Shown here: one piece after another, positions 52,600-64,000 of the stretch | Layout of the letters: every line of letters begins with the position of its first letter | Numbering within the stretch: the stretch's first letter is position 1 | NCBI GenBank assembly: GCA_036172245.1 | Contig: JAYWIR010000042.1 | Location: 1,364,001 to 1,428,000, forward strand | Source of the DNA: Raillietiella orientalis | Taxonomy: Eukaryota | Length of the DNA: 64,000 bases | Direction: 5' to 3' | The notes under the pieces: generated by a model | What the model saw: only the letters and a program-made list of their open reading frames with translations | What the model was told of the DNA's origin: nothing | The model's database searches: none | Position numbers and translations under genes: made by a program

Positions 52600-53560
52600 T
52601 CCAGAGAAAATTTCGTTGATTGGTCCCTTCGGTTTCACTTGTTTTCCTTTAGGATCCAACTTCTCCCTGTGGGACTCCAAACAGAAGTAGCCCAGGAGAA
52701 CCTGAGGACCCATTTGGAGTGTCAATAATCGAATTCTGTGGAACATCTCTTATGAATTCCTCCCCAACGGTCCCGATTCTGTTGGTTTTCCTTTTCGTTC
52801 TTGACGTTACACTCGGGGAAGATGCCCTCTCCTCGTTAGACCCTATCATTTGGAATTCCAGCAGCAGCTCCTTTTTCAAATGAGATCCGAAGATACGTGC
52901 AAGTACAGCTATAGCTTGAAATTCGTAGCTAAGAGGCTGAAGGATCCTGCAGTACTTATGGGAGGGGGGACTTTGTCCTTCCAGGCGGATCGATGCACAC
53001 GCAACCCGATCACCAAGTCTACGATGGAGAATAAAAATCGGCTGATGGAATCGTTTCCGCTTGAGGCGAGACGTGCAGTTCCGGAGCTGCTTTGTGCAGG
53101 CGCCCTTGAGCCCGCCTGCGCGAGCGAAAACAAATGCTGAGTAGCTGCATCTTCACATCCACAGGCTACGAATCCGGAGGAAACTCGATATCCGTCCACG
53201 TAAGTAGCCTACACATCTGGCTGGACCAGAGTGAGGCTTACGATATCCATGCTGCACATCTAGTAGACGTGAGCGTTCCACAATCGATGCGAACGCTAAC
53301 GGTTCTCATCAAAGAGAAGTCGGTGGCCATGAACTCGCACTTCACATTCTGGCGTCCCGTGCTGGATGATGAGCGGACCATGAGTTGAGAGATCCAATCA
53401 AAGCAGTATTAAGATGTGAGGATGATCTTATTTTTGAGTAGGTATCGGAAGTGCTGTAGGTCGGCTGTCCGTAGACACAGGAGAGATAGCCACCATCGAA
53501 AGGAGCGGAAGTAAGAGCAGCGATGCCACAATCCAGCACGAGAGAGAGCAGCTTCCACTA
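52600..53560 (-). mobile_element. Degenerate LINE APE endonuclease relic
   Basis: YLSCVYGQP...ALIGSLNSWSAHHP resembles the SVY.PP...GDFNAHH APE motifs. Confidence 0.4.
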
Positions 53561-54299
53561 CGGGGCTTTTGGATTGAAAGTTTTGAACTTGTTTCCTCTC
53601 AAACATTACGTTTTTTTTTTAAAAAAAAAGAAAAAAGAAAAAGCAGCTTTTTTTTTCTTAATTTTTTTTTAGTCCCTTTGACGACATGTTGAGCATCACA
53701 TTTTGACGTTTGCGCTACGTGAATATCCATCTTCAGAAATATTATCTAAATAATTTTCATCTTTCATTTAGGCATCTTTGCGGAATGGCTTGCACCCTTT
53801 AATTTCCCCTCATACACCAGGAACGTCATGGAAAATCACTGAGAGCACATCTGAGACCTCAGACACCCACACCAAGCAGGACTTTGGGGTCATAGGAATG
53901 GCGCAAGCTCTTCCTCTACACAAGTGCCAGAACCCAGTCGGAGCCTCATCGCATGCAAGACGAGAGCTGTACCCAGCTTCTCTCATTCCGCTGCGATTCC
54001 CGGGGCCTCGAAACGCACTCCACACGCGCTTTTATATCTGCACGCCCACACTACCTTTATACACAACTTTGTTTAACTACTCTCCATGATTACCTTTTAC
54101 TCTCCGGTACGCCGAATCGGCACAGGGATGGTCCTTCGAGCAGACAAAAATGCATGCGTGTTTCGCCTCTCTTCAGTATCTTGAGAGAAGCAGGGAGAGA
54201 AGGGAGCTGTGGAGTCCGCTTCGTCGGCAAGGACTCGTTTTCGATCGCGGCTTCTCCGTTCGACCTTTCATCGCCAGGCCGCTCCGGAAGTCCGCCCCC

Positions 54300-55080
54300 T
54301 CACCCGGAAAGCGAGAGTGGCGTGCCGTTCACCGAGCGGTGCATCCCTCCCCGGGCGAAGGGCGCTCGCTGGGCGTGAGCGGCGGCTCCACGTACGCATC
54401 TGCGCGAGAATCGCTCCCGCTCGGAGAGATGGTGCCCTTCGCGTCGAGGGCGGGTCTTTCCAAGGGAGTCCCTCCGCTGGTTGAGGGCCGCGGGAGTCCG
54501 TTCAGCAAAGGCGCGCGCCGCGATTCGGCGCTGGAAGATCCTTCGGGACGAGGAAGACGTTGCGAACCGGCAGGATGCCGTTTCGCCATAGTGGACACGA
54601 GAGACGCTCCTGGAACTTTCCTCGGCACAGGTCAAGTCCTCGAGCAGGCTGCTACTTGCTGCCGCGACAGGCAAAGCGGCGTTCCGACGATGCAGGAACG
54701 CGTTCCGGAAGAAGTTCCCAACGCGACCGGACGCGCATGGCAGCAAACGGATACGATCCATCCGTGCGCAACCATCGCAGCAACGCAGCGCGCGGACCTT
54801 CTCTTCCTAGCGGGAGAACGGCATGAGGAGCAGGAGCTACTTCGGGGGTAACAGGCAGACCGAAAGAGACATTTGCCTGTCCAAGCGCACTCACCGATCT
54901 TTCGCGAAACTTCTTGAAGAGGTGGTGCCGGCCATTCTCCTGACAGCAGAGGACATCTCTAGCTGGAGGTGTCCTCTGCTGTGGGGGAGAGAGACTCCTC
55001 GGAGGGAGGTCGAAGACGTCTCGGAGTGGGAGGAAAGCAAAGCGGTACTCAACGAAGAGTATCTGCGGAGAGACCCCGCG
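54300..55080 (+). mobile_element. Probable degenerate LINE ORF2 C-terminal relic
   Basis: GC-rich; QRADLLFLA resembles the segment preceding zf-RVT. Weak. Confidence 0.3.
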
Positions 55081-55099
55081 GACGCCTAGCAGGGATGCT

Positions 55100-56800
55100 T
55101 TCTCCAGAGGTCCGCTGACGAAATCTTCCCCATAAATGAAAATGGAAAGCGCTCCTGAGGCTGGAAGCGGAGACTGACCTCTCTGGACGGACACTGGCGG
55201 CCCCCTGCAGGCACGACAGTCCAAAGAAAGGGAATGCGAGCCTCTGTTTGAAGGTCCCTTGCTACCGCACCGGAAGGCAGATCCACGTGCATCCTCCAAG
55301 CAGGGGTCAGGACGTGGACTATCCGAGATGAACGCTTTCCTCGAGGCGAGAACAGGGAGAGAGAGAGAATGAGAGTGGTGGCGTAGGAAGAGGTGTGGAT
55401 GGGACGGTGCCTGGAGGAGGATGAGAAAGTGACGTTGTCAAATGTGGTCGGAGAGAGAAGCGAATGCATCCCTGCCGGCGGAAAGCAGTCCGGGAGCGAA
55501 GTGTTCGGAATCTCGCCACCTCCCAGCCGGACTTCTTCCTCCAGGCCTCTGGACCACTTCGAGAGCTACCAGCGAGTCTGCCCGGACTCACGATTGACTC
55601 ACAGAGTCACCGCCGCAGCGGCAGAGTCTGGACATGGCATCGCCGAACGGGCGCAGAAGCTCTCGTTGAGCGACCGGGACGGCGAGAACCTCCTCCGGAC
55701 CGCCGATGGGGGAGGTGCAAGGCCTGAAGAGCACAACAGTGACCACGCACAGGCGGAGACACCCAGGAGAAGAGCATCCAGAGCCTTCCTGACAGTGCCA
55801 CCTTTCTCTGCAGCGCAGATGCCGCTCACGGGCGCGACCCGTGGGCGATCTGATGTGCCCGCTAAACGTCTTCACTTGTTGGCACGCCTGGTGACCGCGA
55901 AGCGACGCAGAAATGCTCCCCGCACCTTTCGCTTTGCTTAGGAGGAATGACTGCTGCGCCTTCCCCTCCCCCCTCGTCCCACGTGTGCAAGCTGGGAACC
56001 CCTGTCTCTTCCTCGATGGAGCTCGCCTTCTTCCCTCTCTCCCCGGGTCACGGCCGAGCGTCGCGGTCGGACCAAACGTTCCGCCGAGCGCGGCGCACCC
56101 CAAAGAGAGAGGATCCCCCCGGAGGCCTGGAGAAAGTGTAGTATGACCCGAAGGGACAGGCTGGATGCACAAAGCGCAGCTGGGCACTCCCACGGGCTGC
56201 CGACTTTTCCTCTCGAGCGGACCCGTCCCAAAAGTGTCGCTCGGCTCGAGGTAGCGCGTAGCAGGGACACGTGAGGGGTCTTTGCGACACTGACCAATAC
56301 TCCCTTCCCACTCTTTATGCATTCGGCAAGCATCGACACGGATGAGCGTGTTCTACACACTGAATCCAGAACAAAGTTCGCGAGTGGAGACATCCCCACT
56401 CCCCTCACCCTTGCTTCAAAATCTCTTGCATCATCAATCTCCTGCCAACTCCGATCTGAGCGCGACCGGCGTTTCAGCTGTATTCCCGGATCCGAGATGG
56501 AGGAGAAACAGGGTTCGTTGGGGGCAAACACGTGGAGCAGGGCTGGAGGCACGAGTGGGACGGAGTCAGCGCTCCACGGGACGCATGAGATGATCCGCAG
56601 ATCGCATAAGCTGCTGAGATTTGTGGTTGTGAGCAGGTCAGTTATGAGCAGCAGCATGTGCCTGCCATGCTTCTGATCATAACTGACCAGGTTCATTGGT
56701 TTCCAGGATCTCACTTTAACTGAAACGAGAGAAGGAAACCGCCTAAACGCTTCCTGAACTTTACTTTTTATTTTTATGTCCCAAGAATGCTCCCGGATGC
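55100..56800 (-). mobile_element. Degenerate Tx1/L1-type reverse transcriptase relic
   Basis: RSWKPMNLVSYDQK resembles RT motif WRPISLL..DYK. Downstream LSLFSPRGK...LQTEARIPFLW resembles the thumb region. Many stops and frameshifts. Confidence 0.5.
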
Positions 56801-56970
56801 GTATTTTGCGTCTCCGACGAATTGCCCGATCATCTCGAGACGTTGAGTCTCCGCTACGTATCTTAATCTGCACGCCACCAGGTTTGTGACGATTTCCTTG
56901 GCTTCTTTTAGTCACGATAACAGGAGGAGTTGTTTAACGTTTAACTTTTTTATTTTTATTTTTTAAGCCA

Positions 56971-57145
56971 CACGCCCGCCTTGTCGCCCGTGTGGCTGTT
57001 GTCTCCGCGCGCGGCCCCGAGCGTCGCAGGTTCAAATCCAACCCGGGGTAAGGATCGATGACGAGAAATGGGGGAGGTGCGTCGCAGGTTTCGAGTGTCC
57101 CCCCGCAGAATGATGCTGGCTGGCCCACGGGCTTCGGAAGCTGGT
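56971..57145 (+). mobile_element. Family A tRNA-like head, copy 4 (abutted by LINE B 3' end)
   Basis: GGTTCAAATCC at 57029-57039, then GGGGTAAGGATCGATGACGAGAAATGGGG and a second B-box-like motif, as in the other copies. Confidence 0.7.
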
Positions 57146-57500
57146 TGACACCCGGTCAGCTAGGGCGTCTGTTTAAAAAATAAACACACCTGTCTGTGGC
57201 AGGACGTTTGATCCTGCCACGTGACCAATAACTACAAGAATGACGCTACCGGGATCTGGCACTCAGGCCAGCGGAGTTCGCCTCAGCAACATAGAGGGAG
57301 GGAAGACAAAAAAAAATAGAACAAAAAAAGTACAGTCAAAAAAACGGGGAAGGGATCACTGTGCTGGAGGGTGTCCTCTGCATCCTATGCAGGATGCCGG
57401 CAAGTTCCTATTTCAAGACTCCCAGATGAGGCCATCTTGACGCTATCCTCATAAAGAGGACAGCAAAGCAGATGGCGTCCCTGTCGTTCTGGCGCTGCCG
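57146..57500 (-). mobile_element. LINE family B 3' fragment
   Basis: Same terminus (TGACACCC on +), 3'UTR and ORF end (GGATGCCGGCAAGTTCCT) as 18394-18760. Confidence 0.75.
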
Positions 57501-57720
57501 CCCTATACGCATAGCCAATGCTACTGTGAATCATTCCAGTGCTGCTACTGGGAATGTCCCGTTATCTTACTGGTATTGCCACCAACTTCAAGCTCCTAAA
57601 TCACATTATAAGGAAGTGTTTCGTTGCTGCTTTGTTGCTTCCGCATGAACATTACTGGAAGTCGTTACTGCAGGCAACGTCAGGAATGAGGTGAACGCAC
57701 AAACATCTCGCATGATCCCA

Positions 57721-59430
57721 GTCCGCGTTGGCGGCCACGTGGCTACGGTCTCTCTGCGCGTATTACCAAGCGTCCAGGGTTCGAATCCCACCAGGGGAAG
57801 GATCGACGCCAAAAATGGGTGAGTCGTGGGTTTCGAGTCCCCCCTGCAAAGATGACGCAGGTTGGCCTATTCGAGTAGGGCACTGGTTGACACCCCGTCA
57901 CGCCGGAGCGTTTATTTATAAAATAAACGCACACGTCTGTGACAGGACGTTCGATCCTGCCACGTTGCTTATAACTACGAGAAGGAAACTGCCGGGAACT
58001 GGCACGCAGGCCTTCATGAGGACAGCAAAACAGATGACGTCCCTGCCGTCCTGGCCTCCTCTGGTGTTGCTCCACGCAGCCACGATCTCGCGTAGACAGC
58101 AAAGTGCTGCTAGAGTTGCGGCCAGCGTGAGGGCGTCGCACAGGAAGAGGCGCTTTCTAACGTCTCTGGCGTTGCCGCCGGGAGTTCCGAGGGTCGAGGC
58201 AAAGCGACCCCAAAGGGACCGGAGGGCAACGCAGCCCACTAGGAGGTGTGGGAGGGATTCTCACTCCCCGTACCTTGCACAGTTTGGGTCCACCCCTCCC
58301 TCTCGTGTCCGATGATGACGGCGGGCACGGGAGGTCCCAGTGCAGCAGCATCAACGTCGACTCCTGCCACTTTAAGTCGAGGATGCGGGTGTTCATGAGC
58401 ATCGGGGGCCACTGCAGGTCTTCTCCGGAATACCCAGTAGCATGCCCCAGCACAAAAGTCCACGAGGTCGAGCACTTGGGGTCGCAGCGTCGGTGAGCTG
58501 GCGCGTCGTCCATTCGTCCTGTTTTCTTCTCCTTCCGGAGATTTGCACAGTGGCCTCTCATCTAGCCGTAAGGCCATGTGCTCCCTAAGAAAGGGCGGCG
58601 CGGCGGCGAGGGAGGTTCTGTTTGCTCATGCACTCTTCGCGGGATCTTCCAGGATCTCCCGGAGCGTGCAGTTGTTGTTACGCGCGCGTACAGGAAACGC
58701 CGCACCTGTTCCACGCTTGGCTCCTGGCCACGTGCCCACATGTGCACGGTTTCCTGCAACCAGGCACTACCGTTCGCGGAGGGCAGTACGAGATCCATCC
58801 GTTTTTCCTCGCCAGCGTGGACACCAGAGGCACTGGTGGAAACTGGATGCCCCCGAGGACTGGCCGGGATCGGAAGTTCCAAGGTTCTTGCGCGCTTTGA
58901 TGGATAGGAAGGAATCGGGGAGCATCGGTTCCCTTCGGGGTTTCCCTCCGGGAAGGGACCCTCCATCGCGTACCGCGAATCTGGCTGATACTCCGTCTCG
59001 GGGGTTGCCTTTCAAAGCGTTAAGTGCTCTGCTCCCTTTGGGTAGCGACCTTTCAGAGAAATTGGGAAGCGTCCCTTCGTGAGTTCTCTTCAGAAGAGTT
59101 CAGACAAGGAGGGGATCCTTTCCGGGTCCCCTTCGGAGAAGAACAATGGAGCGACCTCCTCTGGAGAGAACAAGGAAGAGGTGTTCCCCTTTGGGATTTC
59201 CTTCGGAGACAACCAGGGTTAGGGTTCCCTCCCAAGAGCAAGAGGAACGGACTCCTTCCTCCGGAACCTTCTTGGACTCATAAGGTGGTCCCTCAGGAGT
59301 TGCCCCCCCATAACGTGAGGAGTGATGCGCCCCCTCGGGCGGCGTGGACAGCGTTGAAGAGCTTGGTAAGCGCCCCCTAAGGAGACGAATGGTTCTCCAG
59401 CAGTGTTGCGAACCAAAAAAAGAGGAAAAA
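57721..59430 (+). mobile_element. Family A repeat copy 5, split by a LINE B insertion
   Basis: Head 57721-57887 (B box 57778-57789). The body resumes at 58829 and aligns with the minus strand of 3530-4130. Confidence 0.75.
57888..58828 (-). mobile_element. 5'-truncated LINE family B copy with 9-bp TSD, inserted in family A copy 5
   Basis: GGCACTGGT at 57879-57887 and 58829-58837. Minus-strand peptides TLARKNGWISYCPP / WLQETVHMWARG / DLQWPP...LDLKWQE match the other B copies. Confidence 0.78.
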
Positions 59431-62096
59431 AAAAAGAGTTTCCGTTTACCAACTTTCAAGTCAGAACCTCGGTCGTTGTAAATGATTGCTGGAGTGTTGC
59501 TTAGTCCAAAAAGCAGTTCACTCCCGAGGTGAAATGTGTGATCGTAATGTCGCCGTTTCCATCTTCGTATGGGCTCTTCACTTGGTCCATCATTCATTGG
59601 TTTCCTGATTTCAAGATGTGGTTCAGAGCAGCGACGCTTCGATCTCGACTCCTTCGATCATCTGCGCGGACTCGGAGACCCGCATTGCTTGGTTTCTGCT
59701 CTTTTAGCCAGCGAAGCTGAGAAAAGATTCAACCGCCACCAGGGATCGCAAGTCGGTAGCCACCCCGTCCTGCTACCACGTAGATGGGGGAGGAAGGGGG
59801 GGGGGGACTGGGGTTTTTACGCGCGCGTCTTGCGGGTTTTTCGCTGCGGGCGGTTTCCAAGGGAACGTACCGGATCGGAAAGAGCCTTTTCGGAGGAGGG
59901 GAGTATGGAATGATCTGACTGATCTTGAGCAAACGACTTTCATCTCCCCCCTCGCTCTCCTCGTCCGGCTCCAGGCGTTTTGAAATACCAAGAAGCGTTC
60001 GAAATAGTGCCGCTCCGGACGTCTGTTTAATCAGCGGGCCGACAAGGTGAAATTCCTCGAGACGGAACGTGCACTCTCGGGCAAGGTGATCTCCGCGTGC
60101 TCCTTCGATCCCTCCGCGCATCGCAAAACGCTTCGGGAAACTTACAATCGTCGCGGTACATCGCGATATTATGCTTTTTATCGTGGTTGCAGAATGGGTT
60201 TTCCGTTTCTCCCTTCTGTCTTCCTATTCCCGTTTAGAAGAGGGGAAGGGGGGGAGGGAGGGAGGGAACGGTCCCGCTCACTCGCGAGCGATTGGGGATT
60301 CGAACTGCAGGCGGAAAGATCAGTCGCCGCGAGTGCGTGTCTCTCCCCGTAAGTCGCAAAGAGCCCTTTGCGCAAGAGCAGCAGACCTTGAGGCTTCGGA
60401 AGTACGCTGGAATTCTTCCGAAGCTCCAAATATTCAAAGCATTTTCATCTGCACTGCTTTCTGGATCGCATTCTGCATCGTTTGCATGGACGGCAGATCA
60501 GAAATCGTCACGATTTTCGAGGCAGCGCGTCTGCCACGGTCCTTCCAAAATACACTGTTTTGGCCTTGAATGGCTGAGTCCAAAGCACAAATAAAAATTA
60601 TAAGTTTCATTTTACAAGGCAAGCCAAGGATATCCTTGATTTCTGTTTAAATATCTACCAGGAAATGATGGGTTTCATAGGAGGCACTCTAACTTTCGTG
60701 GCACGAGAATGAGTTTTGCTCACCTACTAGCCGTTGCTGTTCAGATATCTTCGTTCGTGGGCTCGGTGAGTACGCAGTTGTTCCATACGTGGGGGTCCTC
60801 TCGATCCGTGCGCGCATTTGGAAAGCGCATTTCGATCCACATCTAACGGCTCTGCTACCACCCTTCCGCCCGCACTCACTCACTGCCTTTACCGACGCGT
60901 CGCTTCTTTGCCTTTTGCACGCGGTGATATGACCGCTGTTTGTTTCGATGTCCGTTCGGTTTCAGCGTTTTGCACGTACCGAAAGATCTTTCGCAACTTG
61001 TAAAAGGTCAAAGGGTAAAAGGCAAAATCGACAAGCCCTCCCTCCCCCCCCCCCCCTTTCCCCCACATTTCCGATCATCTGCACGCCTGCTGAGATCGAG
61101 AACAAACGCGTGCGCATGCTGTGAAGGGAACTGTCTCGAGAGACTTCCCTCGAGATGCAAACCTCTTAACGTGTGTGATCCCACATACTCAGCTTCATCC
61201 GCTTTCGAACGGCATGCCTCTCTCTATAGGAAATCCTTCCTCGCTTTCCGACGAGCTGTGGGTCCGTCAAACCGTGTTCAAAACTTGCATCTTTCATCGA
61301 AGGGCTGCCACTGAAGTGTTTTCTATTTGTGACTCGTTGTGTTAGAGGCAGCAGTTTTTCGAAGAGCCCTTATATCGTGAAGTTTTGTTCTACCGGTCGT
61401 CCCTTCCGGATTCAGCTTACAATCCGGAGAGAATTCTGGCCAACATTAGAGACGCTCTGGGGATCGAGTTCATCGATGGGTAAATATCACTCAGAAACCA
61501 CCCCGCCTGTGATCCATCTCATCACTGGCTCTCTTTTAAAGAAGGGAATACACGCGCAGTCTGAGTCTTTTCCCGCCGAATCACGACCCCGAAGACGAGA
61601 ACGAAGTCGTGCCGCTCCCTCGAGCTCCTTCGACATACCTGAAGAGACTGCCCGTGCGTTCGTCGTACCTCAAACCGGTAGTGAACCGAAGACATTAGCC
61701 CATGTCCATTTGGGAAAGGGCAGTGACTGACATCACCAAGAAGCAACTTTCGTCGATTGTTCGAGCTGATTTTTCCTCTCCCCCCCCCTCTCCTTCCTCC
61801 AAGCACTTTCTTTTACTATCTGCTATTTGGCTTAAGGAACCTTTCCAAGTACTTCGTCCCTAGAAAAATTTTGTTTCGACGTCATTTAGTGTTCATTAGC
61901 TCTGGTTGAAGAATTAGAATCCAGGAGAGAGTGCTTTGCAAATGTTTCCCCTCCATCCTAAAAACATTAAACTTCACAAATACTGAAAACGCTGTTCTGT
62001 GAAACCACCGGCTGACCGACGACATCCAATGGTCAAACATGCCCAACGTGTGCCTTACCGCAAGAACTCAAGGATCGAAGATGTGCTGCATTGCAG

Positions 62097-63420
62097 TGAA
62101 TCGCGTGATCATCCACGCGATCCATTTAAATAAATAAAGGGTCAAAGCATAATTTTGTCTTCGTTCAAAACAAGAAAAAAAAAAAGGGGGGGGGGGGAAC
62201 GAAACTTGCACTCCGTTCTTTTACACCTGGATGGACTTGTTTACCGACTTGAGTGCCGGTAAGGCCTACTCCACTCGCGAAGGGGACGGGAAAAAGGAGG
62301 AGAAAAAAAAAAAACGCTTGGGGGACATTGTTTATGGGGAGGGGGAGGGAAGGGAAGGGATCACTGTTCGCTGAGTGAAGGCCTCTGCATCTGGTTCCGG
62401 ATGCGAACAAGTGCTGGCAGAATGTTACTCAGCCGGCGCCAACGGGAAGCCTTCTCCATGGAGATGACCGCCCAGTGGATGGCATTCCGACTACTGCGGC
62501 CTCTTATCGACGCGTTCCACTTGTCCAATATTCCCCGTGTGCAGCAGAGAACTGCAACACACGCGGCACCTGGCAGGGAGTTTCGCATCAGGAAGAGACG
62601 AAAAATATTTTTCCAGTCGTCCACCGGAACGTTTATGGCCGACGAGAGTCGATCCCACGTGCGGCGGAGGGCAACACATTCGATTAGTAAGTGGCGGAAG
62701 GTCTCCCTTTCCCCGCACTCTGTACAATGGGCATTCAATCTCCCCAATGTCCAGTGAGACAGAACGTGCTCTGCTTAAAAGTCCCCAAGGGAGCACATGC
62801 AGCGCCGCCTCCTGCCAATCCAAAGGGAGGGTGCCACTGTCCCAATACGCCGGGGGCCACTTCACCTCCTCCGGAGGCATACCGAGCAGCTCGCCCCAGC
62901 GCACAATTCCATTTGGCGGGACACTCGGGGTTGTAGCGTCCGCTAGTTCCCGGGACGTCCACGCCTTCATTAGTTTTTTCCTGTCCCCGATGAGGCAGGA
63001 CACTTCATACGAAGTCTCCTCTTGGCTGTCCCTGGCTTCCATAAGGGAGGGCAGCACGGGGGCAAGGGGGATGAATGAGGCCCACAAAAGCTTTTGTGGG
63101 TGGGATACGATCTCCCGCAGGGGCTGGCCAGCGTTCCTGCCTCCACGAAGGCAGGAGAAGCCCACCTCGCTGGAGCCGTGGATTTTTGCCCACGCGGAAA
63201 CGGACTCCCGGAGCCAGGTAGTCCAGTTTGCGGGGCTGCAGGAGATCCACGGGTTGCTCCTCACCAGGGCCACCAATTCACGTAGCTGTGAACCACAATG
63301 GTACAGTCTATTGTCGTTGGCTACGAGGACTGAAATCAGTCCGTCGCAGCCGGTTGCCCTGTGGGCGAGCAGTCGTATGGGAGCACACCATGGTGCTGTC
63401 CAAATTTTTTTGCCGCAAAG
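62097..63420 (-). mobile_element. 5'-truncated Tx1/L1-type LINE (family B relative): ORF2 C-terminus with CCHC zinc finger
   Basis: ORFs 62491-63510 and 62361-62747 join by a frameshift: LVRSNPWISCSPANWTTWLRESV...EVKWPPAYW...CTECGERETFRHLLIECVALRRTW (zf-RVT-type motif). The 3'UTR ends in the hairpin ATCGCGTG/CACGCGAT at 62100-62121. Confidence 0.8.
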
Positions 63421-64000
63421 GCAAGTTTTCTTAGTAAAGTGTAGTCTTAGTAAACTCAAGTCGGTAAACAAGTGCAAAACAATACGAAAAATGTGTTCCG
63501 ACAGGAACACAAATACAATTCAAAACATCGACTGCAATTACAAATTGTTAAAATGTTTTTTTTAAAAAATAAAAGCCCCGGCTCACCCGGGTGAAAACAC
63601 CTGGGTGGAAATCGACATCCCAAACACGAGAGGGCTGACGATTTATATGAGTTGTGTTGAGAGGCACTGTTTTTGTTTTTCATCGGCCCCCACCCCCTCA
63701 ATCACTTTAGTTAGCAAAAAAAAAACACTCTAAAAAAAAAGAAAAATGCCACCATTTTCTTGTTTAAGAGGTTAACTGTGCTTTCGTTTCATTCCTCTCT
63801 CTCCCGAGTTGCTTGCGATTTAGCTTTCGTGCTTCAGAAGAACCAGCTCGTTCAAGCACATTTGACTAGCCATCCCATCATCACAGAGTGAAGCTGCAAA
63901 TTGGTGCACCTCAGGAAGATCACCCGGCATGGAAGAACGGTAGTCGGCTGCAGTTGTAAACGTGAAACGGCTCGACTGTGCTTTCGTTCAGTCAAGGATC

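Noticed and set aside
54130..54185. Hammerhead-like CTGAAGA...GAAAC on the minus strand
   Set aside because: Stem II would be only 1 bp, and stems I and III do not pair convincingly.
62537..63565. 342-aa + strand ORF
   Set aside because: Antisense shadow of the minus-strand LINE ORF2, which carries the recognisable zinc-finger motif.

Overview
Eukaryotic, probably invertebrate/arthropod-like, genomic DNA; no prokaryotic features. Two spliced + strand genes can be reconstructed by hand. (1) A class I Golgi-type alpha-1,2-mannosidase (GH47): 8 coding exons, 9979-37297, about 518 aa, introns up to 12.6 kb. (2) Condensin II subunit CAP-G2/NCAPG2: 12 coding exons, 41689-46291, about 1120 aa, mostly 42-51 nt introns, in an AT-rich island with no recognisable repeats. 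The rest is largely decayed non-LTR retrotransposon sequence: many Tx1/L1-type fragments, one NeSL/Utopia-type RLE element, and probable Penelope relics. Most notable: an unclassified repeat family with a double tRNA-like (Pol III) head followed by an apparently protein-coding body (5 heads in the window); a tail-less Tx1-type LINE ending in a stem-loop that sits at the same site in two of those heads; and two loci where retroelement 3' ends lie head-to-head, one bracketed by a ~105-115 bp direct repeat. All family assignments come from motifs read by eye, not database searches.
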